From Vitrella brassicaformis CCMP3155 (Eukaryota; Protista; Chromerida), in assembly GCA_001179505.1 (NCBI GenBank), contig CDMY01000487.1, forward strand, positions 3,514-67,513: a stretch of 64,000 bases of DNA, read 5' to 3'. The notes below the pieces were generated by a model. The model did not search any database. It had not been told where the DNA came from and saw only the letters and a list, made by a program, of their open reading frames with translations. The translations under genes were made by a program, and so were the position numbers. Shown here piece by piece: positions 38,201 to 49,535 of the stretch; position 1 is the first letter of the stretch; every line of letters begins with the position of its first letter.

Positions 38201-40072
38201 ATGTCAACGAAATCATCGTTGTCTGGCGGCAGCGGCGTGTGGACGTCTGTGTCTGCGCACAGCATCGCCGAGGGGCTCATTGCCGACCATGAGAGGGCAA
38301 AGGAGGAGAAAAGGAGAGTGGCGGAAAAGGCCAAAGCAACCGCCAACCAGGCCAGGGTGTGCACGATCTCACCAACTTCACATCCACACACACCTCACCT
38401 CTGTCTATGGCCATCTATCCAAATTTGTATCAGGATGTGTTGTCGGATCCTTCTCTGTCAGCCTCGCCGGCCGACCCTTTGCGCCAGGTGACCGACATCA
38501 ACTACCAGAAGTTCGACCGCATGGCCAAGTCCCTCACCGACGCCGAGAAGGCCGAGGAGGAGGCAAAGCAGATGAAGGCCATGGCGCAACGGCAGATGCT
38601 CTCCTGCTCCCACGACCACTCCAAGGAGCGGCAGATCTATGAGAAGCCGACAGAGGAGAAGATCAAGGCTGCAGAGAGGTGAGGGCGTCCATCGTTGAGT
38701 GCACTCAGGTGGTACCTAGGTGTGAAATGAGTGTTTGTGGCTGTGTGTGTGTGTGTTGGCGAGTAGGTTTCGCGAGGAGGGCAACATTGCCTTCCGCAAC
38801 CGCAACTATGGCCTCGCTGCCACCCACTACCGAAGAGTCAGTCGATTCCTGCGCCCAACACACACACACACACTTACACACACACACCCACACACACACC
38901 TCTCTCTTTTCTTGGTTGCAGGCGCTGGTTCAGTTCGACTACACGTTCCCCGAGACGGAGGAGGACAAGAAGTGGATGGAGTCGGTGCAGCTGGCCTGCC
39001 ACCTCAACTTCGCCGCTACCAAGCTGCACATGCGGGAGTTCGACGACGTCAGGACACACACGCGTCTCGCACTCGACATCGACCCAAACAACGTCAAGGC
39101 CTTCTTCAGAAGGTAGGTGCAACGAACAACACATGGAAGCAGGTGCCTGCAGCCTCTGTAGGCGTGTCTGTCGTGTTGGTTGTGTCTGTGTTGTGTGCAG
39201 GGGCACTGCTTCCATGAAGGAGGACAAGTACGAGGAGGCCGCGTCAGACTTTTCGCAGGCCCTCAAGCTGGAGCCCAACAACCGTGAGGTGCAGCAGGCC
39301 CTCCTCGCCCTCCAGCAGAAGCAGCGGCACTACCAACAGCAGTCCAAGAAGGTCATCACCAAGATGTTCACGGAAACGACTGACGACGACCAACACCAAC
39401 AGACCGCCGCTGCTAACCACGCCCAAGCAGCAGCCCCCGCCCCCGTTGCCCCGCACAGCAACACCATACTGCGGCCCAAGGCACCAACAGCGGAGCTCCA
39501 GCCGCCATCCGATACACCTGCCCCTACGATGCCGGCAGAGCAAGCGACGGCGACTCAGCAAAACGATGAGAGGAGGGAGAGTGACGCGAGAGTCCCACCT
39601 GTGACGGAGTCGAGTGGTCTGCGGCACCGGGGCGGCCGGGGCGGTGAGGAGGTGATGCGGCAGCAGAGGGAGGGGGAGAGGCCTGCCAGCAGAGAGAGGG
39701 GGAGCAGGAATCAGGCTGACACACGGAAGGCCGAAGCGGAGAGGGGAGGGCAGATTGAGGTCTGTACGCAGCCAGCCACCATACGCAGCGCCGCGAGGCC
39801 GACTCTGATTGATTTGATTACGTCTGTGCGTTTGTCTGCAGAGTGGCGCCGGTGGTGGTGGCGATTCGTTGGTGTTGATAGAGGAGGTGGAGCGGTCGGT
39901 GATGCGCATCATGGGCACCCTCCTGCTCTTCTCCGCCGCACTCACTCTCTCATTCGGTCAGCCACCACACCCACACACGCGAGCGGCTGATGCGTGGCTT
40001 GCTTGGTGTGTGCTGTGCTGTGCTGTGTCTTTCGTGAGTGCAGGCGTGTGGATGCTGTGTCAGCATGGGTAA
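38201..40072 (+). CDS. TPR protein (FKBP/TTC9-type three-TPR domain) with a hydrophobic C-terminal tail
   Basis: CSHDHSKERQIYEK, FREEGNIAF, CHLNFAATKL, DPNNVKAFFRRG and ALKLEPNNREV. The terminal exons are hydrophobic (IMGTLLLFSAALTLSF). Confidence 0.85.
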
Positions 40073-40469
40073 AGTCAGACAGGGCAGACACTTTTTGCGT
40101 GGCTATGTGATGCGCGTGTGTGGCCTGGCCGGCCCACCCTGTCTGTCTGTGTGGGCTGGGCGCGTGTTGACAAGGCTAGCTAGGATAGGTGTGTTGTGAT
40201 GATGGAGGGTCACGAATGCTCTCTCATCGGTGTTTGTTTACGTGCCGTTCAAAAGCCGTTCACAGTCGCACAAAAGCGTCCATCAGTCAATCGAGTCAAT
40301 CGCATCACACACCTACCCACCACAGGCATCGGCATCCCATCGCACGCACAGCAGCCAGTCTGTGGCGCACGGCACGCCATACCCAACGTGTACCACACCG
40401 CCGACAGACAGACAGACAAGCAAGCTGCTTAAGGCAAGCAGCGCTCCGCTCCAGTCAGGCGCCTGCTGC

Positions 40470-41416
40470 TCACTTCTTCTTGATCGCATCCTTGATGACA
40501 CGCGATTTCTGCGCATTATCACACCACAGCAGATGGTGCGTGGTGCGAGTGCCTTCGGTTCCTGTGTGCTCCTTGGCTGTCGGTCCTATCTGACCTTTTT
40601 CCTGGCCACCATGACCTTGAAGCGCTCCAGGTCGGTCAGGTTCGCACGGCGCTTCTTGGCAGCGCTGCATTAATGAGGGAGGGACACACCATCACGCGTG
40701 GCGCCATCCCTCCCTGTCTGTCTGTCGTGCTTACAGTTTCTTAGCCCATGTGGTCTCCTCCCACTTGGAGAGGGTGCTGTCGTCCTCTAGCGCCTGATCA
40801 ACACATACACCCACCTCTCACCCCCCTCTCCAACACACGCACGCCCCACGTACCTGTGCGAGAGAGTCGGTGGAGCATCCCCGGTCGACCTCGACTCGCA
40901 GGTCAGTGAGCCGCAGTCGCTTGTAGGGGATGGTCTGCCGAACCACACCCGTCAGCGGGCCATCGATCAGCGCACGACGGTCATCCACCACGTCAACTAT
41001 CGTGCAGATCTACATCACACACACACACCATCGACACACACACCACAGAGTGGCCAGAGAGAGAACGGCACCACCGGATGCCTCTCTGGCTGTCTGCCTT
41101 GTGGCACTCGTGCACAGCTGTTCTCGCTGCCTCTCCTGGCTTGCCTGCCTCCCTCCCTCCCCTGCTGCAGCGCCCTTGCTGATCTGATCTGATCTGATCT
41201 CCCCTCTCTCTGCCCGCGTTTCTGTCTGTGTCTGTGCGTGTCCTTGCCCATCTTTCCCCACCTTGCCGACATCCGGTCCATCTGACGAGCAGAACAACAC
41301 GCACACACAGGCACAGACGAGTGAGTGGCGGGTGATGGCTGGGATCGTAGCTTTTGTCACCGCTTACATGTGATCAGACACACACGGCCAGGCTCCACGA
41401 AACGCGTGAACGTCAT
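40470..41416 (-). CDS. RPL14: 60S ribosomal protein L14 (eL14)
   Basis: Six exons: [23 protein letters not shown] / ICTIVDVVDDRRALIDGP / ...WEETTWAKKL / AAKKRRANLTDLERFKVM. Confidence 0.97.
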
Positions 41417-41443
41417 TCTCACGCCAGAGGGCAGAGGCTGCGA

Positions 41444-41490
41444 CCCTAAACCCTGAGTCAAACAGGAGAAACCCTGAACCCTAAACCCTG
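41444..41490. promoter_or_regulatory. Cluster of telomere-type heptamers (telo-box-like) just upstream of RPL14
   Basis: CCCTAAACCCTG at 41444 and AAACCCTGAACCCTAAACCCTG at 41469-41490, 28-74 nt upstream of the ATG. Confidence 0.5.
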
Positions 41491-41560
41491 CATGACAAGA
41501 GGGGCGGGAGAGAGAGAGGCGGAGCTCTGGTCGGTAGAGTGAGTTGCGGCGATCCATACA

Positions 41561-42318
41561 TCACAGAGAGGAGATGTCTGTGCAGGTGTTTTGAGTGTGT
41601 GACGGCGGCGCTTGTTCTGTGCGCACCTTGTGTGGCCATGACGCGGAACCGATCAGTGGATGGCGGAGGGTCCGCCATGGGCTTCTTGAGAGTGATCTGT
41701 TCATCGCGACACACATCAACCACACACAAAAGATCGACCATCCCGTGACAGACAGACGGCGCCATGCAGCCGCCTCCCATCCTTCCTCATTATCTCCGCA
41801 TCGGCCAGCCCGAGATACCTGTCCAGCACCCACCTGTATCTCTTCCTTGCCATGGCTCTTGCTGGGCGACAGCGCCCGTTCTTGTGTATGTAGCCGGAAT
41901 CGGTGTTTGTCAACGTTCTACAAGGCAGCCAGTGCTCTCTGCTGCCATCTGTTTGTCCGCCGGTGCCAGTGCAGGGAGGGGTAGACAGGCCGTATGCATG
42001 CTTTGCATGTACATGCTGCTAGTTTAGTGCGTGAGACAACAGGATCCCTCCGGGGTTACAGACACGAGTCTCGTTAAACACACTAACCAACCAACCTTGC
42101 GTGTCCTGGGCCTTCAGCGTGCCGTATCCGGGCATGTAGATGTAGTTTAGGGGCGCAGTGGTCTGGATCTTGTAGGCCACGGGAGCATTGGTTGTGTTCT
42201 CAAGGCGCAGGTTGGCAGTGACAGGGCTGTCCAGCTGCACCGGGAACTCTATGGTCTTCTCTAGCGTCACCGACAGCAGCGGCGTGAGGATGATGTTCAC
42301 ACCTTCACGTTTTGCCAT
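41561..42318 (-). CDS. Small MSP (major sperm protein/VAP-type) domain protein
   Basis: IEFPVQLDSPVTANLRLENTTNAPVAYKIQTTAPLNYIYMPGYGTL, then STDRFRVM. The internal exon structure is not fully resolved. Confidence 0.65.
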
Positions 42319-42417
42319 CGACAGGAACAGTCGGAACAACCTGGTTGGTTGGTTATTGTGTTTAACAACCTGAAATCGAAAGAAAATTGCAAGCTTGGGG
42401 CCATGCGGACGTAGGGA

Positions 42418-45400
42418 ATGGCCGCGGCGATGGAGGTGGTCCTGTCGCCTCGCGGGGCGGTCATCTTCCATCAGGTGGTCAAGTGCCACCAGAAGGTGGG
42501 CAAGGAGGTGGCTTTGGAGGCGACGGGCGAGGAGCTGAAGATGGCCACCATGAACGACGCCCAGACCGTCACCATGGTGTCCAGCTTCCACCGGTAAGCA
42601 CCACCGGCTTGGTTGGCTTCATGGGATGGATGACGATGGCTGGCTGCAATGGCCGGGTGGATGGATGTGTGTGAGATCAGGTCGTTCTTCTGGTCGTTTG
42701 TGTTGGATCCGAACGACCCGTTCCGCGCGACGGTGCTGACGCGGCTGCTGGTGAATGCACTCACCAAGACGCCCAGGGGCGACAGGCTCGTCATGAGCGA
42801 CAACACCAGCCACGCATTCCTCTCGATACTGTCAGTCAGTACTTACAAACACTGAATGCCTGCCGTGATGCCATCCGTGTGGATGCATGTGTGTGTGTGT
42901 CCTGTGCGTGTGCGTGCGTGTGTGTGTGTGTGTGTGTGTGTCCTCCCTCTCAGTGGTGACTCGAAGCATGGCATCTGCACCACCCAGTGCCTGGCCTACC
43001 GTGAGAGCGACCTCGCCGCACCACTGCCACACATCGGTGCGCCACACACGCACCCACACCCACACACGGCCCCACACGCACGCAGAACACACCAATGACT
43101 GACACGCACGCCCCGCCTCCATCGCCTTGACGTGCATCCGTGTGTGCAGGTCAGCGCCCTCGGCGTCACGTCATTCGTCTGTCGGCCAAGGACCTGGACA
43201 CCGTCATCCGCCACATGGACAAGAAGGCGGGCGGGGGCGGAGGGCGGGGCGCCAACCTCACCCACGAAATGCGGCTCTGCCTCGACCGCGGAAACCAACA
43301 CATCAATGTACCCACGCCACGCACGGACTCATGGGGAGGGAGAGGGTGACATGTGGGCTGGTGTGGTGTGGTGTGTGTTGATGTGTGTGGTCAGTTCCGA
43401 TCGTACGATGACGTTACTGAGGACCCCATACCGAAGGACGACGCTGCGCAACAACCCCACCAGCAGCAGCAGCAGCAGCAGCAAGCGGTCAAACGGACGA
43501 CCAGGTCCATCACCATCACTGGAACCAGCGTGAGCCTCTCCTAACCCCCCCAACACACACACATGAATGGCATATTGTGTAGCCGTTTGTGTGTGTGTGA
43601 ATGTGTTTCTGTGTCAGTTCGCGTGTTTTGACATCGGCCACAGCAGTCAGGGTGACGGTGGTGGTGCGTCCGGTGCGGCATCGGGCAGCCGTGGGTCGAC
43701 ACAGGGTTCGGTGCCGCTGCCCAAGGAGAGCTGGTTCGTCTTTCCTGTCAAGGAAATCAAGGCACTCACTGCTTTAGCTGGTCAGTCCAGTCACCACACG
43801 GCCTACACGAGTGGGCAGGGCAAACGTGTGTGTGCTCATGTGTCCATCCATCCATCCATCCCTCTCTTCGTGTGTGTGTGTGTGTGTGTGTGTAGCTCAA
43901 GTGCATTCAGAGGTGTCGCTGATCTTCAATCGGCCGGGGCGTCCTGTCGTTGCCACGGTGGGCAAGAGGAGCACAGCGGGCGTGTGGCAACCGTGCAACC
44001 ATCTGAATGTGCGTGTGGTACTTACTGTGTTGTGTTATGGCTGATCAGATCGGTGTGAAGGCCCAGATGGCCAGCCATGACGACGAGTACCTGTTCCAAA
44101 ACCTCACCGACGCCCTCATCCAACAGCTGGGCACTTACGACATGGGCCACTGTGAGTGGACGGAGGGATGGATGTGTGAAAACCTCTCTGTGTGTGTGGT
44201 GTCTGGTGTGTTCGTTCAGTTGAGACTGACGCGGGGAACGAAGGGGGCCCGGTGACAGGTGTGTGGCTGGATGGATGGACACACAGAGGCAGACACAGAC
44301 ACCGGCTCGTCGTGTGTGTGCTTGGTGTGGTGTGTCGATCAGCCAACTTGCACGCATGGGGCAGCATTCTGTGGCTCAGCACCATCGACGTGAGCAGGCA
44401 GGAAGGAGCTGGGGAATGACACACGGGGGCAACCATCTGTCTGTCTGTCTGTCTGTGTGTCTGTGTGTGTGGATAATCCGCGTCTGTGTGGCAGACCGAC
44501 ATGGAGCCCTACGACGACGACATGTACTTCGACCCAACGGAGAACGACCAACAGCAGCCGCAGGTACGCTGCACCACCACACACCCCCGCACACGCACAG
44601 ACACTGACTCTTCGCCGCCGCCCCTCCCACTTGCTCTCAGGATGCCCCCCAGCCCCCACCAGCTGCGGCAGCAGGAGCCGGTGCACCGCCCCCGCCCGCC
44701 CCCAACGATATGGACGATGAGGGCCTGGACGACCTGCTGGACGGTCTCAACGACGAGTGGCTGCAGCAGCAGCGGCAGCAGCAACAACAGCAAGAGCAGC
44801 AGCAGCAGCAGGGCGGAGAGGAAGGGGAGGGCAACAACACCGCAGAGAAGGAGGATGGGATGGCTGAAGGCGGCGGTGAGGGTGAGGGTGGGATGGAGGT
44901 GGAGGTGGAGTGGGAGGGGCCGAACCCATTTGCAGGACAGCACCAGCATCACCAGCAGGAGGAGGAGCAGGTGAGAAGGAAGGAGAGAGAATGGGTGGGC
45001 CGGTAGGTAGGTGTGTTCTCGTTGGTATCTCTCTTTTCGCCTGTCTGTTCAGGCATCGCAGCGCATCAACCGTCGCCCTCTGAATCCCTCGCCACGATAC
45101 GCCAACAAACCCCGCACAAACAACAACAACAACCAGCAGCAGCAGCCGGCTGCCGCAGCTGCAGCTGCGGCAGGTCAGTCACACTCCACAGACTGAAGCA
45201 CGCCGCATCCACCCTCCTCTCTCCTGTGGGCATGTGCCTGAGTGCAGGTGGCGGCCTTCGTCTGGGCCAGGCTATGCGCCGCACACGCAACCAGCACCAG
45301 CAGCAGCAGGGCGCGGCCAACGACAACGGTGGCGTTGGCGGTGGCGGAGCTGCGGGTAGGGGCGGTGCCAATGATGGTGACGATGAGGGCGAGGACGCCA

Positions 45401-45854
45401 ATTTCGGGAGGCACATGTTCGGCGGCTACGTCACTGACCCACGGTAGTCGCTAGCTACTGCAGGCACACACCAGGCAGACAGAAGACAGACGAGACGGAT
45501 CCCTCCATGCCCTCTGTCCATCTGTGTGTGTGTGTGTGCGTGTGTGTGTTTGTTGGCAGCGAGCGCATTTTGGCCAAATCCAAGGCCAAGCCGCGTCAGA
45601 AGCCTCGCAGGCGGTGGGACGACGTCGAAAGCGACGAGGAGGACTTCTACGACGATCAGGCTGAGGATGAAGAATATCCCGCCACGCCACCACGGGCAGG
45701 TACGCACGGGGTAAGGACTGGGTGTCAGTCAGTGGTGGCTTGGGTGTGTGTGTCAGGTAACGAGCGTCGGGTGCCTTTGGAGGAGTGGATGGACATCGAG
45801 AAGGCGTTCGACTGGGGCAAACCGAAGAAAAAGAAGAAGAAACAAGATGCGTAG
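42418..45854 (+). CDS. RAD9: RAD9 (9-1-1 checkpoint clamp subunit) with a long acidic/Q-rich tail
   Basis: The N-terminus VIFHQVVKCHQKVGKEVALEATGEELKMATMNDAQT...SFHRSFF and the later FVFPVKEIKAL / SLIFNRPGRPV fit the Rad9 PCNA-fold pattern. Confidence 0.75.
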
Positions 45855-46810
45855 AGTCGTTGGTTGAGGGGGCAGGGCAAGGAGGCGGGGGGCGGCAGAT
45901 GAGAGACATGTAGATCGGTTGCTGCATGCTGCGTGGCGTGGATCGATGCATGTGTGTGTGACTAGCTAGCGAGAGACATCCATCCACGGCAATCAGATGA
46001 GATGTAGCCATGAATCGAGTAGTGTCATTGATTGTGTTGTGGGTCCACACGTCTTCCCCAGCGCCTGCCTGCATCCACACACGCGTTGCTGTGCTGTATG
46101 CTCCTCACCTCACTCGCAGTCCACACGAACCGCTTTCACACGATTCACACGCACACACACACATATACACACACTTGCGATGACAATACGATCAACGATA
46201 CCCACACACACTCACACACAGAGGGCAAACCCCTGCCGTGTCATAGAGGGGGAGGGAGGGAGGGAGGGAGGGAGGGAGGGGTAGCTAGTCCTGTACACAC
46301 CATCTAAAATACCTACACACAACATATGGATCTATGCAAAAACTTCCCCTCTCTCTCTCTCTCTCTTCCTTTGACCGACGACAGAAACGAACACGTCACA
46401 GGGGAATGAGAAGCCCATACCCACACCCACAGCCACAAACCCACCGACACATTTCACTTACCTGCCGGCAACCAGGTGAGAGATGCACATGCCATGATAG
46501 GCACGGCACCCATGCCCACGACAGACAGGCAGGTCACGACGGCAGCTCAGCAGCAGACAGAAGTGACGAAGACACGAGGGAAAACAAGCAGAGGAGGGGA
46601 GGGAGGGGGGGCGGGAGGGGAGAAGAGAAGCCGAAGGCAACAAGGAGAAAGACCAAAAGGAAACCCGTCACCAACCACCGTACCGTAAGTGCCACCGACG
46701 CACGTGTCTCGCCCTCGTCAAGGCAAAACTTTCGGACGTCGCGTTGCATTAGTTAGGGACACTGTATTGCCCAACCGACAGGGAGGCAGGCAGGCAGGCA
46801 GTCACCCGAC

Positions 46811-48798
46811 CTACTCGTGCGACCCCTTTTTGTTCCTCTTGACGAGCTTGTGGCTCTTGGCCTTCTTCTCCTTCCTGGCCACTTGTGTGTCCGCCATCTC
46901 AGCAATGCTCTCGGTCTGGCCTTTCTCGCCCTTGGGCGTGGTCTTCTCCTTCTCGGCGGCCATGGACGACGCACGCACCCAGGAGGGTATCCAGTGGGTG
47001 GGGTCGAAGCCTGCCGCAGAGGCCATGGGGGCTGAGGAGAGGAAAGATGGACACGGAGGACACCATCAGAAAGGTCTGTCGGATGCTGTGTGTGTGTGTG
47101 CTCTGTCTGCGGCGTGGTTGCTGACCGTGACTGTGGTCACCCTCATGAGGGCCTGCGTGAAGTTCTGCACCCACCACCAACAAAGATCAGATGACACCAG
47201 AGGGTGCGTTGTTTGTGGTGTGGAGTGGGTTGCGCATCGCATCGGTCCCCACCTCTCTTGAGTCCGTTCCTCTTGCCAGTCCACTCCTGCCGCCACGACC
47301 AGACGGGCTGCTTGTCGCCCATGGTCGTCTGCGTGCCCTCCTCCGACTCAGCGGGGAGCTCGCACAGGCCCCTGAAGGCGTGGGTGCAGACCTCGTCGCC
47401 CACCACGCCGTGGATTCCCAACGGCGCCAGGTTGGTGTTGGTCTCCTCGCCCTCGCCGCCCGGCCACACCGAGCTCACGTAGTAGCTGCATTTCTGACCC
47501 TCGTCCAGATAGTTGTCGGGCTGCTCTGCCGGGCCGGGCCAGTAGCTCGTCCCTGCCACCCCAGCCACACACACACAGGGAGATGGAGATGGTGGGTCTC
47601 GCCAGGCGACAGGGGGAGGGGGGTGNNNNNNNNNNNNNNNNNNNNNNNNNNNNNNNNNNNNNNNNNNNNNNNNNNNNNNNNNNNNNNNNNNNNNNNNNNN
47701 NNNNNNNNNNNNNNNNNNNNNNNNNNNNNNNNNNNNNNNNNNNNNNNNNNNNNNNNNNNNNNNNNNNNNNNNNNNNNNNNNNNNNNNNNNNNNNNNNNNN
47801 NNNNNNNNNNNNNNNNNNNNNNNNNNNNNNNNNNNNNNNNNNNNNNNNNNNNNNNNNNNNNNNNNNNNNNNNNNNNNNNNNNNNNNNNNNNNNNNNNNNN
47901 NNNNNNNNNNNNNNNNNNNNNNNNNGTTGTGACTGGAGTTCAGACGTGTGCTCTTCCGATCTGGGGGATGTTTGTGTGTTACGGACCAAACATCCATGAG
48001 GCCGCTGGGCCAGTGGGGTTGCTGGCGTAGGTCCAGCACCTTTGGTCGTACCGCTGAGTGGCCGGGTCGCACTCCTGCACACAGACAGACAGAGAGCCAA
48101 CGCGGACACCATGGGGAAGCGCCATGGCGATGGACATGGACGCAGCTCCCTCACTCACTCACTGACCTCTCTCATGACAATGCCGATCAGGAAGATCATG
48201 TCGTGCTTGGTGCCGTCGATGTGCTGCGTCGCGTTCATCATCACCTCCAAATCAGCCTGACATCACGCACGCACACCAGCCCTTGCTGAATATGCCCCCT
48301 GCCTCTTCCTCTTACGTAAGTGTATGGCTCGGCGAGTTTGCCGCCCTTGGCCTGGCAGGCCTCCTGGTGGCCGAAGTAGTCCATCTGGTCGTACTGGACC
48401 TCGTAGCGCACGTTCTTGGGCGTGGCAGTGATGGTGGTGATGTCAGGAGGCAGGTCTCCAGTGACGGTGGTGACGTCTGTGACGTTGCCGTCTTCCGTCA
48501 CGTTGTCGTCCTGGAGGCGGCGGGCGGTGGGCATGGGCCGTGAAGGCGCGGCGGCCTCGTTGGCGGCGGCGTCGCTGATGGTCACCCAGGAGGGGAACGA
48601 GTGCTTGGTCGCAACGGGCGCCGGCCTCCTGTCTGTAAGAGTGAGTGAGGCCACACAACACAGAGTCAGTGATTGTGGCACAGCACGAGATGGCCGGCCG
48701 ACTTCTCGGAGCGTGTGGCGTTGCGCACCTTTGGCCACGACGAGTGCGGCGGCGGAGAGGAGGGCAAGGGCAGCGAGCGAACTGCGCAGGAGCCCCAT
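46811..48798 (-). CDS. Secreted C-type lectin-domain protein, interrupted by an assembly gap
   Basis: Signal peptide, Thr-rich linker, HQEACQAKGGKLA, FLIG, YWPGPAEQPDNYLDEGQKC and DEVCTHAFRGLCE. Confidence 0.7.
47626..47925. other. Assembly gap (300 N)
   Basis: N run. The identical 300-nt size of all three gaps suggests a placeholder length. Confidence 0.99.
47929..47962 (+). other. Illumina TruSeq adapter contaminant
   Basis: Exact GTGACTGGAGTTCAGACGTGTGCTCTTCCGATCT three bases from the N gap. Its reverse strand translates as DRKSTRLNSSH. Confidence 0.98.
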
Positions 48799-49535
48799 AT
48801 CGGTAACACACGTGCTCTGCGGTGGCTGGCGAGGTGGCTGCTGCGGGGGATCCGTCTGGTCTTCACTTCAAATGGCAAACGGCCCAAACGGCTCAACGGA
48901 ACGCATCGTTCCTGGCCATCCTGTCCGGATGCAACTTGTGTGACATTGAGCAGTCCACAGATTGATCAACACATCACGTGCCTGTCGCTCAAGCGTCTCC
49001 ATCACCCACTCACCACATTCATCAGATTAGATTGACAGTGGCAGGGCAGCCAAGACAGACACCTCACTTACAACGCACCACGAAGACATACAAACGAAGG
49101 CAACTCATAAGCTGATTGCTCCGGCCGGTTGTTGGCAACACTGGCAACACTGCCAACACGCACAGAAGAACCTACCTACCCTACCTCCCTGCCTACCCAC
49201 GCACATCGCGCACGCTCATACGAGCATCTTGGGTGACTCAATCGGACCACACCACAAGAATGGCACACAGAGAACCACCCAATGCCTCGTCTGCTCGACA
49301 GGAAGAAAGTGGCTGACAGACGCGGACATCCACATACCACGCACTCACAGAGGGTGACGCACCCTCGATCCCCGCCCACACCCCCCCACAAACACACATT
49401 CGACGCAGGCACTTGAACAAACATGGGCACACATCCGTCCGTCTACACGTCAATTAATGCTCCCGTCCTTCCCGCCCAACCCCACCCACCCCCCGGCTCA
49501 TCTCGCTCTTTGTGTATCGTCCGCCATAGGGCCAA

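Noticed and set aside
41357-41557. Upstream in-frame ATG extending RPL14 by 47 aa
   Set aside because: eL14 homologues start at the MxFxRFVE motif. The extension crosses telomeric repeats and is probably a chance open frame.
9558-46756. Numerous ORFs rich in [12 protein letters not shown]
   Set aside because: These are translations of intronic microsatellites or antisense shadows of GC-rich exons.
47143-48154. Long ORFs spanning N runs (also 51103-51629 and 62121-62828)
   Set aside because: Artefacts of translating through gaps and the adapter.
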